Origin: Pelomyxa schiedti
Taxonomy: Eukaryota; Protista; Evosea
Reading direction: 5' to 3'
Length of the DNA stretch: 64,000 nt
Assembly: GCA_020536535.1 (NCBI GenBank)
Contig: JAHLWZ010000803.1
Location: 62,001 to 126,000, forward strand
Positions 1 through 16,000 of the stretch are shown here, in pieces. Under the pieces are notes generated by a model. That model worked only from the letters and a program-made list of their open reading frames with translations, was not told the origin of the DNA and searched no databases. A program made the position numbers and the translations under genes. Every line of letters starts with the position of its first letter. Position 1 is the stretch's first letter.

Positions 1-2338
1 GCATTTCAAGGTACAAAACACCGTGTGATTGTTCTATTACCTAGGGTGCTGCAAGTTTAAAAACCAGGAATTTAGGGAGGTGTTACTTGAACAAAAGGGT
101 TAATGGAATTTGGTGTGCAATAAGCATCCCCTGTTTTTAACACAGTTTCGATAGTCTAAAAGGAAATGTTGACATCGAGGTGAGTATTACAAAAACTTGA
201 CCTCAATAATCACAGTTACCATCTTGGTATCACCACAACTTAGTAGTAAGCACATGGGCTCAATAAAATTCTGTGAAATGAGGGATCTAAATTGTGTGTT
301 GGATGTATGTTATTTCGCCTGAGAATGTACCCAATATGTTCAGAGCCGCCGCCTGAAACGGCATTACATATTGCCCAACAAGCTTCTTTCTTAATTTCCA
401 TATCTGTACTACTCATGCACTGAATTAATGGTGGAATGAGATCGGCATTTATTATGGCAGCAACTTGCTCTCTTCCAGGTTTCAGAAACTAAAGAACAAA
501 GGAGAATAACCTGGTCCCAGCTGCAACATTTGACAACTGTTTTGTTTTAGCTATAAACTTTATTTTTTTTTAAATAAATCATACCACCCAGCAGGCCTCT
601 TTTTTGATGCATTTTTTTGGGTTCTTTAACCTTTATGCTCAGGGTTAATAGAAGACCAAACACTGGAGACATACAAAGGTCCCATTGCAGGTAAGAGACC
701 AGCATCAATTACCCCCTGGGTTTGAGTGTGCCTGAAAGATTTAGTACAAAAGCCTAAGAAGGAAAAAAAACTCACGTTCCAGTGACAATGTTCCCCAAAG
801 CCCGCATTGCCGGAATTTGCATGTTGACATTGTTCACCTTAACAGGTTCATGTTTTGAAAACCGTAACTAAAGAAATGCATACTGAGAGAAGTGGGACAA
901 CAACTCGACAAATCCCTGCCTCTAGAATAGCCTGATTCGGGATTTCACCCCCATCTGACAAGTAACTGAGACCCCTTTTGGTTGAAAAAAAAGGTTCGGT
1001 GTTGAAAAAATTTGCAAAGGCAATACCACAGGGCATCTGTTAGAACATCGATGTCATTGTACTGAAGTAACGCACACAATGTAGGCAAAACTAAAACAGA
1101 TGAAAAAGCATTCGCCATTGATAGGTAACATACCAGGTTTAATGGGAGAAAAATCTGGGGGTGGCTTTCCCCTACAAAGGTTTGATATCGTCCATGTCTA
1201 ATTATAGGGTAGAGTTATGGTAGTTGCTAAACCTAGCATACTGCATTACGTATCAGAGATATTGATGTTGAGTCTTGTGCTACTAGGCGAATCAATGGAG
1301 GTACAATCCCTACACGAATGACATAATCTCTGTAGGTTGAGCTATCACCAGCTATATTCCCTAACCCCCACACGGCCTTTTTTCCCCCCTGTCAGTACAG
1401 ACGATGTTGGTTTGGTGTTAACAACTTGTTCTCGAAGTTCTGGATCAGGAGATGACATTAACCCTATTAGAAGGGGTACAGCACCCGTTTCTATAACAGC
1501 CTGTGTTTGCTTGCTTGTACCACTGGCAACTTTAGTTAAAGGTTAATTTACACGTTGTTTTTTGGTTTCAGGATGATAAAAGGGCTATACTGTTTGTAAT
1601 TGCCCAAGCAGCTTCAAATTGTAATTTTGGGTTATCTAACTTGGGTTTTTTTTATAAAATGAATGCCAAAAAATACAGCACTGTTAACGAGAAGTTCTTA
1701 AAAAGTGGAAAGATACCACGGAAAGAAATTGCACAAGCCGTGGAAGCACCCCACTGTCAATAACTTCAGCAATTGGTGGGTTGTGCTCTGCAACAGGGAC
1801 AGAGTGAGGTGGAAGAGTTTCTTTTTCAAAAAAATTGGGATTTTGCGGAGTGTCTTTTTAAGGAGCATACCAACAGAGAGGAGTTGTCTGATTTGCTGCG
1901 TTGCGGGAAAGTGTAGAGACGTGTCATTTCCCATGCACGCTGCAACCATTTGTGCTAGTGTCTTTGAGAAAGTCATTTCCCATCAAGTGTGCTAGTCACG
2001 CTAACAGCTCCACGAACGAAAAAGGATGAGGACAAAGGTACCTCGAATTCCACTCCCGGCGGCGATGGCGCAGCCATAGAGGAGGGTGCTGGTGCAGATA
2101 CCGTCGTTGTAATTGCGTTGTTGGCCGCTCGAGCCACGATGTCGGACAAGGTTCGCCGTTTGAGTGACTCTGCTTCACGGCGGTTCTTGCGCACATTGAC
2201 TTTGATTGTGAACTCCTCGTGTTTGCCGCGGTCCCTTGTGGTGTGCTTGGTGATAGTGGCTCGTGGTGCGGCTCTATGATTTCGGCGTCTCTTCTGGTCC
2301 TCCGTCATCTCCTTTAGTGACTGAATGAGTGAGTCCAT
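1..2338 (-). CDS. Importin alpha (karyopherin alpha), multi-exon, runs off the left edge
   Basis: IBB-like N-terminus ([14 protein letters not shown]) and ARM-repeat exons reconstructed across GT-AG introns: QIRQLLS|[22 protein letters not shown]|[15 protein letters not shown]|[23 protein letters not shown]. Confidence 0.92.
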
Positions 2339-2489
2339 CACTTGTTTCTGCTTTGTTTTTATGGTTTGTGGAAGGAATTCCCGAAAGTCCAAGACTTTGA
2401 CAAGTACGCAGGGAAGTGCTGTTTGAAAGAAAGAGGTTTGTTCTTTGTACAGTACTTTATGTTCAGAAGAATTTTGGTGTGTAGGTGTC

Positions 2490-2700
2490 TCTTGGAGTGT
2501 GTTGTTGGTTTTGTGGTGTTGCAGTTGTTATGCGATTGTGTTGGTGCTGTTGTGGTGTGCGGTTGTGCCTGCTGGTTGTGTTGTTTGTAGTAGTGGTAGT
2601 GTTTGGGGGCGCGCTTGGTGTGGGTTGTTTGATGTTGGTTTGGTTCTGTTTGTTTGGTTGTGGTTGAGGGGTGACTTCGGCATCGGCACTTACTAGTTGG
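2490..2700. repeat. GT-rich (CA/CAA-rich on minus strand) low-complexity tract upstream of importin alpha
   Basis: Degenerate (GTT/GTG/TGT)n composition; the minus-strand ORF 2463-2738 is Q/N/T/P-rich. Confidence 0.6.
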
Positions 2701-2756
2701 TTCAGTTGTTTCTGAGGTATGTTGTTATTAGGAATCATAATCGCGATTAGGGGGAA

Positions 2757-5600
2757 TCATGCCCTCAGTTGCCCGGTTAACTGAGCCACACTCGATTGTA
2801 GAAGCTGAGCCTCTTTTGTACTCTGGCTACAGATGCGGTTTTTCGTCTTGTAGGTTGTCATGACCGAAATTTATGGAAGAGTATAACCTCCAGTTCTTGT
2901 TGAAGAGAACGAATTTGCTGCTGTTGTTCAAGCAATTGCTCTCGCATTTCTCCCATTTCCTAGTTAAATTAAGGAAGGCACACTAAGATTTGGCTCACTT
3001 GCAGAGCAGTTTTATCCTTTTCTTGCTGTATGGCAAGTCCTACAAAGTGTGGGCATTTAAGAGCTTGAGTTGAAACTTAACTTGTATTTTTCTGAACCTC
3101 AGCCGTTCTTTTCAAGGTTAATTCCTTTTCACACTGCCTAACTTTTGGATGAGTTGCGTTTTGAGGATACGCAATACAAATAAGAAGACTGAATGTCTTG
3201 TACTGTTTGGGTTAATTTGGCTATCTGTTGAGTTTTTTCTGTCAACTCAGACTCTCTTGACTGTAATTTTCAGTCTTTCTTAGAACAACAACCACAAACC
3301 TGGAGTGTCTTAGTCACCAAATTCAGTTGGTCAACGTGTGTGGTGAGAACTTGGGTGATTTCCTTGAAGTTGTTCTCACTGTTCTTGAGCATCACACAAA
3401 GGTTTTCCTTAACTCCTTGTAAGAGTGGGACATAGTAGTAGTTTTGCATACATGTTCTAAAAACCATTTACTTGTTGATGAGATTAAGGTAACCAAGGGT
3501 TTTTGTATGGCTTTGAGGTTGGCATTTTCAGAAAGTGTGATTACAGTTCGTATTTCTGGCAAGTCCATTAATGACGATGCAAGGTTATCCAGTTTCAACC
3601 TTCTCGCTGTGTTTCCCAGAGGTGTTTTTCCTTGGGTTTTTTAAAAAAAGAAGCTAAATTCTTTTTCAAACATACTTCTTCATATAGTTTCTTAAGAAAA
3701 GCAAAGTTTTCTGATGCTTCTTGTAATTTTTTTGTCTTGGCCAAAATTAATGTTAGAACAGTACTGTAATCTTACGTGTTGTGCATATGCAGGTTCCCTT
3801 GACTCCAGTGCTGCCTTCAGTTGAATTATCTCAGAATTCTTTGACAGGAGCTGTGCCCTGTTAATGAGTGCGTTATCATAGTGAAGAAATGTGCTGAGAA
3901 ATAAATACTTCAGATCACTGACATCAGAAGACGACTGTTTCAATTCGTCGCAAACTAATTGATGTTGCTTTGAAAGTGTGGATAGTTTTGCTTGTGTATC
4001 AGCCAGTTGTGCTCTTAAGGACCTAAAATCGTTATCTTCCGTATGTTATTATGGGGTTATATTATTGGTATGCTCAGAATTTTTTAAAACAAAAAAACCT
4101 GCAATGTGGTCTTGAACTCCACTTGGTGAAAGGGAATTTGGGTCACAGTGGGCATTACTACTGCGGGCATGAGTCTTTTATGTGGAAGTACAAGTTGTTA
4201 AACCTGTTTTCTGCTATAGAAAACTCCCTTCGACGCTCACCTTTCAATGAGGGCCAAGTAAATACGAAAGTTAAAGTAAATAGGAGTACTTCTAAGCTGT
4301 TGTAGTTCAGCATTAAGTGAGCTAACCTGAGCGTTCAATTTATCACATGTGTGTTTTAGTTCATTTTTTTCTGCAGTTAATTCCTATACACATTAAAATA
4401 ACACCAAAAAATATACAGTACCAGAATGGATCGTTGTAGTGGGGCAGTGTGGATGTCTCTCTGTGCTCTATAAGGTTAGTAACTAAAACGTTCTGAGTTT
4501 TTGGGATGATGGGACATACGTGTCACGTGAGGTTGTCGAGAGTTTTACAAGAAGGTTGTGTATCTCTGGAAGGGCAGCAAGCGATGCTCTCAGCCGTTCA
4601 ATTTCCTTCTCTTGTTTCCTCACAATGTTCTGTAGTGCCGTTGATCGCATTAGAAACTGTGTTGAACTACTTGATGAAGGGTGAACTCTGCTAGAACAGT
4701 TTCTGATTGAAGAATGGATTCCTTCCGCACTTTACAGGGAACAGACAATTCAGGGAGAGTTGTTTTGGTGGGAACTTCTGAAGGTTGGTTTGGAACAACA
4801 GTGGGATTGAGAATGTTCTTTTGTGCTGTTGCTGGGGAAATTTTGACCACGGAAGGTGCAGTGCTTTCGGGGAGTTGTACTTGAGATTTCTGAGGTGCAG
4901 TGGTATTTGTTTTCCCCACGGCATCGTGTGAAAGAATGAACTGCACTGCTTCGTCATCACTCTTTGATGTCACCTTTGGGAAGTCTTGATCGTAATGTGC
5001 ATAGCTTGTGACACGATCTCGATCTCGATTCCACTCACAATCGCTCGCCGATCTAGCGGAATCTCCATCCTCGGTGTCATAAGGAGAGTCGGCGCGATCG
5101 GCATAGTAATCACTGCTATAGTTGTCTTCCAATGAGGCATTACTAGATCTCTCAGATTGTGGGCTCTCAGCTTCAGGATATTGATAGTCTTCATTTTCAT
5201 TGTATCTGTCCTAATAGTTGTCTCTTTATTTTAAATACCCAGATAAGTGCAACCGTTTTTACCTGGCTTGCATACGCCAAGTTCCGCTTCAATTTCTGTT
5301 CATTTGTCTGTCAGTGAAACAAAGAAAAACCAAGGCGATCGAAAGAAGGGAAAAAAGGCTCACACTCTCACGGAAAAGAGCAGATTGCAGCTGTTGCTCC
5401 ATATCTTCCAGACGTTCGTCGCGTGTTGCAACCTGAACCATGGTTATACCCGACTAGCATCATATCTACGCGGTTGTATTTACTTCTTCTTCCAGAGATT
5501 GGACCTGTCCTTCCCTGTCCAATACCAATTGCTGTAACTCCTCCGAGATTTCCTCCAGTTCTGTCACTCGGTGCTTTTTTTTTTATTGAACAGTTAGCAT
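2757..5600 (-). CDS. Hypothetical coiled-coil protein, multi-exon; 5' end uncertain
   Basis: Successive minus-strand exons rich in E/Q/L/K heptads (HRVTELEEISEELQQLVLDREGQVQSLEEE; EIIQLKAALESRE) separated by short GT-AG introns; final exon ends LTGQLRA* at about 2757. Confidence 0.6.
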
Positions 5601-5967
5601 TGGCACTAGTTCCCTGCCACCCCGCTTCCACTTTTCATCACGCCGAAAACACTCATCCCATAAGTGCAAATTAAGCACACCCTTGCTGGCACAGGTGGCT
5701 TGGCATCAATCGATAAACAGAACCGCCTGCCCACACACCGCTTCATGTTCCTAACCTAGATGTTTTATTCACCGCCTCAAAGTTTTTCGGGATCATCACC
5801 GTCTGTGAGGAACCATACTCTTTGCCTTTGAATCTAGCAACACAGTAGAGTGGGTGCTCCAATCCTAGTACTACTCTCACTTCGGGTGGGTTAGCCGAGA
5901 TCCATACGGAACCCAGAGAACAAGAAGGAAAAAAAAAAAAAATTCAGCAAAGGGGTGATACGCAAGG

Positions 5968-7048
5968 ATGTTCCGTAACCAGTACGACTCGGACAACGTA
6001 ACATGGAGTCCACAAGGGAGGCTACATCAAATTGAATACGCAATGGAGGCTGTCAAACAAGGCAGTTGCTCCGTTGGCGTCAAGTCAAAGGTGAGTCACC
6101 TTTTTGGTTTTTTCCCCCCGCCCCACGTGTTTTTAACGTCACTTCTTCCTTTTGTGTTGTAGACGCACGTGGTCATTGCAACATTGAAGCGTTCTTCGAG
6201 TGAACTTGGATCACACCAGGAGAAAATTTTCAAGATTGATGAACACATCGGAATAGCCATTTCCGGTCTCTGTGCTGACGCCAGGGTCCGTTTTTATTAT
6301 TATCACTTTTTTTTCCCCCTGATTCTGACTTTGTTTGTAACATAAAGGTGTTGTGCAAGTATATGCGAGGAGAGTGTATGTCACACAATTACACATTTGA
6401 CACACCTTATCCTGTTGAACGGTTGGTCGTTGCTGTTGCAGATAGTACATTCACCTAATACATTGCTGCCTCACTAACGACTATGCAGAGTCTCAGGTTC
6501 ACACACAGCGGTACGGTTCCAGACCGTATGGTGTGGGATTCCTTGTAGCTGGATATGATGTTGTCACTCTCTTACCACTTTGTATTGTTAATATTCTCCT
6601 AGACATCAGCACACCTCTTTGAGACATGTCCATCTGGCAACTATTTCGACTACAAGGCACAAGCCATTGGTGCCAGAGCTCAATCCTCCAAGACTTACCT
6701 CGAGCGCCATTTCGAGTCCTTTCAAAATCGTACATAGTGCACCCCTCCCAACCCTGAAAACTTACCGCAATCAAGTCCCACTTGATGAACTTATTCACCA
6801 TGCTCTCATGGCACTAAAAGAGAGTTTACAAACATCGTCCAAGGAAGGTGGACCCGCCGAAGGTCTCACACCACAAAACTGTGCTTTGGGAATAGTTGGA
6901 CAGGACACCCCCTTCCACATTGTGAATGACGATGCTCTCTGCCCCTATGTATGTCACCACATTTTTAAAATCGCTGTGTCACCTAATACTCCACATATCT
7001 CAGCTCGCCCGTATTGCCCAAGCAACCACACCCACTGAAGGTCACTGA
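5968..7048 (+). CDS. PSMA1: 20S proteasome subunit alpha type-1 (alpha6/Pre5), 7 exons
   Basis: [46 protein letters not shown] and [26 protein letters not shown]; six GT-AG introns restore the frame. Confidence 0.96.
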
Positions 7049-7514
7049 CCCATTGTGGCCTATAGTTCCAATAAACATTGATGTTCTTTCAAGACAGTTG
7101 TTATTATCTTGATGTTTTGTTCCTCGGTGGGCAGAATCAAATTGAGCTGCTACACAATCCCAGAGGAATGGACGGACTAGGGCCTATTTTTGCAATACAA
7201 ACGTGGTTTAATTCTTGGCTCGTTCCTGCCTTGGATTGATTCCAGCTCGGGATTAACATAAACAACAAGTTGGGAGGTTTTTTTTTCTTCCTTTGCCTGA
7301 TCTGGAATTGCCATCAGATAAACTACCATTTCGCGTTTGTGTCTGTTTCGTCGATGGGAACGAAGACCGGATGGCTGTTCCTTTGTCCTTTAAAAAGCCA
7401 CTTGCCAACACCACTCAATCTCATAATTTATTAAAAACCAAGCGGTTAACGTTGTAAAAACAAACAAAGAGCAAGCCACACACCCCAACAAGCAAAAACA
7501 ACAACCAACCAAGA

Positions 7515-10462
<2,948 letters not shown>

Positions 10463-10611
10463 ACACAACACAGTACCAACCACGTGATAACAAAAAAAGA
10501 AAGAATTTTATTTTTGGACTTGTTGTGTCTCCACATGATACGTGAGAGGTGTCAAGGTTTAGATTGAAGAGAAGGAGTGCTTGCTTTTGTGCTGGAGTTC
10601 TCTAATTTCGG

Positions 10612-10921
10612 GTGCTTCCTTTCAAAGAGTCTACCATCGTTGTCACACGAGAAGACGGTTCGGTGTCACGGTCATCAATCCAATCCCATAGTAGATGCCA
10701 GACTGAAAGGGCTTCATTCATAGATGGAGCATGTCGTTGCTGTTGGCTGCTGGTATCACAATCCACTGATTTCCGTCAGTCGTTCAGGGACATACAGAAC
10801 ATTCATGATCAGATACTCCGCGTCAAGGATTCAGCCACTGTTCCACTGGTTTTTGTTGCAGCACACTGGGGCTGTGTTCCTCGAGGCCAGTGCAAGGACA
10901 ATGACAAATGTTCACAAAATG
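10612..10921 (+). pseudogene. Degraded Rap/Ras GTPase fragment
   Basis: [26 protein letters not shown] then, in another frame, GAVFLEASARTMTNV; matches Rap1 at 43405-44051 ([26 protein letters not shown]...[10 protein letters not shown]) but lacks NKxD and has no intact P-loop. Confidence 0.75.
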
Positions 10922-11126
10922 CGGTGCTACATCCCCATTCATTGCATTCCACGACGGTACATATCTATAATTTTCTCTTTCCCAAAGAATTAAGTTCGTT
11001 GTTTTCTACCATTTTGATCATCAATGCACTGTGACCGGCACGAAAAAGGAAGGAACACGGCACAAGTACGGGAATCTCCGTTGTTGTTGTATCGTGTTAC
11101 AGCGTCACTCTTCCATCAAAATTCAA

Positions 11127-12986
11127 ATGCTTCACTGTGAGGAAGTCGTGATCCACGAAGACAGGTCACATGCGAAGCGCCTCCGGAGATGGGTGCCACT
11201 GCAGGAGGGAGGAAAGAGACGCAAGGGCGCTGTGTTGCGGACTTGTGGGATGGTGGTGTTTGTGATGTGCCTGCTGGCTGTCAACTTGTACTTCATTTTC
11301 GCGACTGACTTCTTGAACAAGTTCCTGTTCTCTTGCGGGTATTCATGTCTCTCTTCTCTCTAAGAATTGGGGGTGGGTCTTGCATGCCAAACGGTCTTTT
11401 GACATATTTGAACAGGAAGAGATGTGATGGCGTTCCACTGAGAGAGGATGTTGAATCGAGGGACGTTGACCTCGTCATTTCTTGGGTGGATGGGAGTGAT
11501 CCTGCTTGGCTTACTTTGAAAGAGGTTTGGCCTTTTGTGTGGATTCTTCCCCCTAAACCATTTTCAATTTCACAGGAATTCCTGCCAGAGAAAACAGATA
11601 CCAGAGATGCACAGCGACCCAAGAGGTGGCGCAATAACAACGAAGGCATGTCAATATCTGGCTTTTTCCGAACTTGATTTCATTCGAGAGATTGGTTTCT
11701 CACAATTTCCTAAACAGTGTGTTATCTCCTTCGTTCTGTCAAGCAGTATGCTCCCTGGATTCACCACGTTTGGATTGTTTCTTTAAAGTATCCATTCATA
11801 TTTCTTCCTTCGTTTGTTTGTCCATTCAGACTTCCTTTTTTTTTTATAGTCAGATACCGGTGTGCGTGGATACAAGTGCCACAACCTGGATCAGTGTGGT
11901 CAATCACTCTGACTTCATGAGAGAAATCGATCAACCCAATTTCAGCTCTCACAGCATCGAAGCAAATCTCCACAGAATTCCTGGACTTTCTGAGTTCTTT
12001 TTGTGTGTTATTTTTTGTGGCGCAATCTCTTATCCACTCCTCTGTCACCTTCAGATATAACAATGACGATATGTTGTTCCTCCAAAGGCTCGAGAAAGAA
12101 GACATCTTCACGTGGGATGGAAAGATGAGGTTCTATATTTACGGTTGGAAACAACTCCAGCACTTTCTATCGCTTTGGTCTTCACATGTTCACAGTATTT
12201 TCTCTTCTTTTTCGTTTATGCAACATGACTTTTCCCAAAGCTTATTGTGTCCAAGAAACCGCCAAGGCACTCTTCCGGAGGTTTCTCTCTATATCTGACT
12301 CTCAGCTCTTTGCACTTCGCAATCCATCTTCCCCATCGCAATCTTACCCACTGATCTCACTCTCTCCCACTCTCGCTCTGAAGGTTTCCGGGAGTGTTCC
12401 CACACAAACAGATGCACCAGTCCCTCGTTATGTCAAAGACTCTTCTTGAGGAAACGTGGAAGCTGTTTCCGGAAGAGATGAACAAGACTTCAATTGCGAA
12501 ATTCCGTGACATCCACACAGTAATTCCTCTCACGCTTGCCTTTGAGACTGGTGTGTCCCTCCCCATTTTCCTTCTGGCATTTCCATTGCTCTTTGAGTAT
12601 TCCTTCCAGAGGATAATGACAAAAAAAAAAAAAAAAGGCCTCGCGCTCGATTTTGGGCTGAAGGATTACACTGACAAGCAAATTTTGCTGAAACTGGCAT
12701 GTCTACTCTCTTTGTTCCCCCTGATAACTTTTCAAACAGAAGAATAAGGCAAGTGATGAAAACCAATTTGCAATGTTAAACAACGTGCAACCGAAATGGT
12801 TGTGTGTGAATGATGACTCCAATCAAGAGAGTCCTGTCAACTGGCGCCTCGTGGCATTCCTCAGAAAAGAGGTTCACATGGCCTGAAAAGTACAGATCTC
12901 TACTCACATCCTCCTAGTTTCCAATTGCGGGAGAGTGGGAGCCACCATTGTGGGAAGACAAGTGGCTTTCATCCACGACCTTGTAG
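11127..12986 (+). CDS. Stealth-family sugar phosphotransferase (type II membrane), multi-exon
   Basis: CR1 DVDLVISWVDGSDPAW, CR2 NNEVCYLLRSVKQYAPW...FSSHSIEANLHRIPGLSEFFLYNNDD, CR3 H-x-x-x-H-like segment (HKQMH), CR4 WLCVNDD...FPIAGEWE; N-terminal TM helix. Confidence 0.9.
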
Positions 12987-13094
12987 GTCTGATTGTTGAT
13001 AAGGTACACAATTGTAAACACATTTCGAAAGGAAAAATAAAGTTTTTTTGTTTCGGTATCAATCACAACAGACTGAATGTAGTGTGAGTGGGAG

Positions 13095-16000
13095 CTATAA
13101 AAGAGCTTTTGGTGCCGGTTTAGTCATATCTCGTCTGCGTGGGCTCCTAGGCACATGCCTGATTTTGGAAGATTATTAATCAGTCTATGTTTTAGTTGAA
13201 CTGGAAGATACCGTGGGTCAGAAGGGTGGTTTGGGGCTGTGGGTGGTGTGGCTGGTTGCTTGGGAGTTTCCTCACTCTCAGCGGAGCTGTGGGTGTTGTT
13301 TTTGTTTTAGAATTAGTATGGGTGTAATCTCCGGCCGGAAAAAATCAACTGGTCAGTAACTACTTACTTTTTTGTGTGTGTGGCGAGTTGGTCAGAGTAA
13401 GGGAGGGAGAGAGTCCAGGACTGGTTGTCCAGTGTCTACAAAGAAAAAGCCTGTCAGAAGCGCAGTGATTCGTGTGGATTACCTTGAAGGAGAAGAACGT
13501 TGTACGTAGTGCAAGACATTGATGTAAGGTCTTGGACAGATCCAGTGTGTCTACTTGTCTTTTCTTCTTCTGCTATTTCAACAGTTATATGTGTTTGAGT
13601 AAATGAGTTGTTTTTACCTCAAATCCTTTCCCGGTAAGTGACCAGTGGAAAGTATTGACAAACTGTTTGTATTAGAAAACTAAAGAAATAACAAAATTAT
13701 ATACCTGGTCCACATACTGTAAAATAGTTTCAAAACCACAAATTCCTCCATGGCTTTGTATGGCTGTGGCAATCAGTGCTTTTTATGTTTTAATTCGAGA
13801 TGTATTGGTCAGTGATCTAACCTTGCAGCTGACTTATTGTTGCTGGTTCAAGGTCCAAACTTATTTGTGGTGCTGGCACATGGGGAAGCGACTGATTCGA
13901 CTGGGGGAAGGGTTGTGAAGGTGTGTTTTGTGAAACTTTATTATTGGGAGTGGACACAGATGCCCTTCTTTGATGTGCTTGGTGAGGCTGTGGTAATTTT
14001 GTTGCCTGCGGGTCTTTGTGATCGGTTACTGGTGCTGAGGGGGGCAAGGCTTCAACAACTGGTGCATTATTCTCTTGGGGGGGTTCAGCCTTGGTATCAG
14101 TTTTCTGATGTGCGGTTGGTTGAGAGTCTACTGGATCCGCGTTAACGGCAGTCTTTTTCTCTCTGATTTGGTGAGCAGGTGGCTCCCTGTCTTCGTGCAT
14201 GGGGTCCAGATGCTCGCCTGAAGTGTTTCTAAGAGGTGGAGGTGCCTGCTGGTCACCTTGCTTATCTGGTAATTTATTTTCTTCTTTGGATGGCTCACTA
14301 TGTGGTTTCGTTTGGTTTTCTTGAGGTAAGAGGTCGGTTGGACTTTGAGAAGGTTGTTCATCTTTGGTTTCTATGGAACATGGTACTGCACTCTTCTCTG
14401 GTATGGGAATGGCTGTTTGCTCAATGTTTGAGGGAAGAATGTCAGGTTTATCTACTTTCTCAGAACTTGATTTATCAGTTGAATTTATAGGTGTGTGACT
14501 TCTGTCATCGATATCAGAGTTCTCTGGCCTATCAGTTCTGTGTGATGAACTTGTTTCACAAGCACCACGATCAAGTTGTTCTGCCTTAGACATATTGTAG
14601 TCTGGTCTTTCCGTTCGGCTTGTGTAATCATGTTTATCTTTGTGCACTGGTGCGCGCTCGCTCTTTTCATTTCGCTGTGGCAAGCTACCTTCACCTTTTT
14701 CCAACCTCCCATTATCACTCCTTTCCCTGTACCCATGGTCATTGATTGCATACGAGCTCTTTTCGCGGCGTGATTGTGTGTATTCATATTTGTCCATTCT
14801 CATAGAGTCGGACTTGTCATGCTGTGGGCTATCCCATTTGTCTTGTCTCTGTGCATACGAGTGTTCAGTTTTATCATATCTTCCATGATCAGAGTACTCT
14901 GGATGATTTAAAGTTTCTCCTTTGTCGAAGTGGTGAATAAAACTGTGTTCATCACTCCGATCATTGTGTGCATAATCAGACTTTTCTGGTCTTGCATATG
15001 AATCAGATCTGTGCTGACGGTGGGGAGGTTTTTCTGCTCGTGAATATCTATCAGACCATTGCTGGGGATGAAGGTAATCAGATTTTTCAGATTTTGGATC
15101 ATAATTCTGTTTACAATCTTGGGACTTGTGCTGATGCGTTGCTGGTGGCGGCAATTTGGCATGTTTGCTGGACTGTTTCTGTTGTGAACGTTGTTCTACG
15201 CTACTGTCGTGTATCTTTTTTGACTGGTAAGAGTCTGGGGACCTCGACATGAATGAATTTTGGCGCTGGGAATATTGTTCATATTGATCTGGATAATACT
15301 CAGAACCCGATCTTTGCTGTGGATATTCCTTGGGGTCATAATGAGTGTGCAGAGCTGCCCAGTGAAGTGGGTGGGAGTAAACTTGCTCTTCGGTGTGTTG
15401 AGGAGGTGCCATTTGTGCTTGTTGAAATGGTATCAGACCAGCCGAACCAATTTGTTTACCATATTCAGACTGGGGAAGTATTCGGCAAACTGGTTGCCTG
15501 GACGGAATGTAAAATGGGTGACGTGGGTATTGGTGGTAAATGTCAGGAGAAAGGGCTCTCTGTACACCAATTGGGAGTGTTTGATTCAAGCTCATCACAG
15601 AACTCACTCTTTTGGTATCCTCCATATATTGAATGGTTGGGGATAGTGGAGTTGGGAGTAAGGCTGAGTGGTGTGTGAGCTGGTCCACCCGGCCTGAATA
15701 TGACGGTGGGTGTGCATATGAAGGCGCGGGAAGAAAATGTTGGGGAGGACCCAAGTGTGAATGTGGGGAAAGACCAACATTCAAGCGAGAAGATGAGCCC
15801 TTTGGTGGGTTCTGAGGATGTGGGAGAAGTGGCGATGAAACTCTCTGAGTTTGATTGAAGGAATAAGGTGTGTCTTGGTCCCCATGTGCCTTGGTGTGCA
15901 TGAGGTGGTCGGGTGTTGGTGAGCGAGATAAGGTGCATTTAGGGATATCTCTTGGAGAATCTCGATAGATTTCTCTGGTGCTGTCCCTAGGTGCATCCCG

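Noticed and set aside
1960-2040. Apparent in-frame TGA in importin alpha suggesting stop-codon reassignment (similar case near 38035)
   Set aside because: Downstream AAG acceptors place these stops inside introns; the standard code fits all genes.
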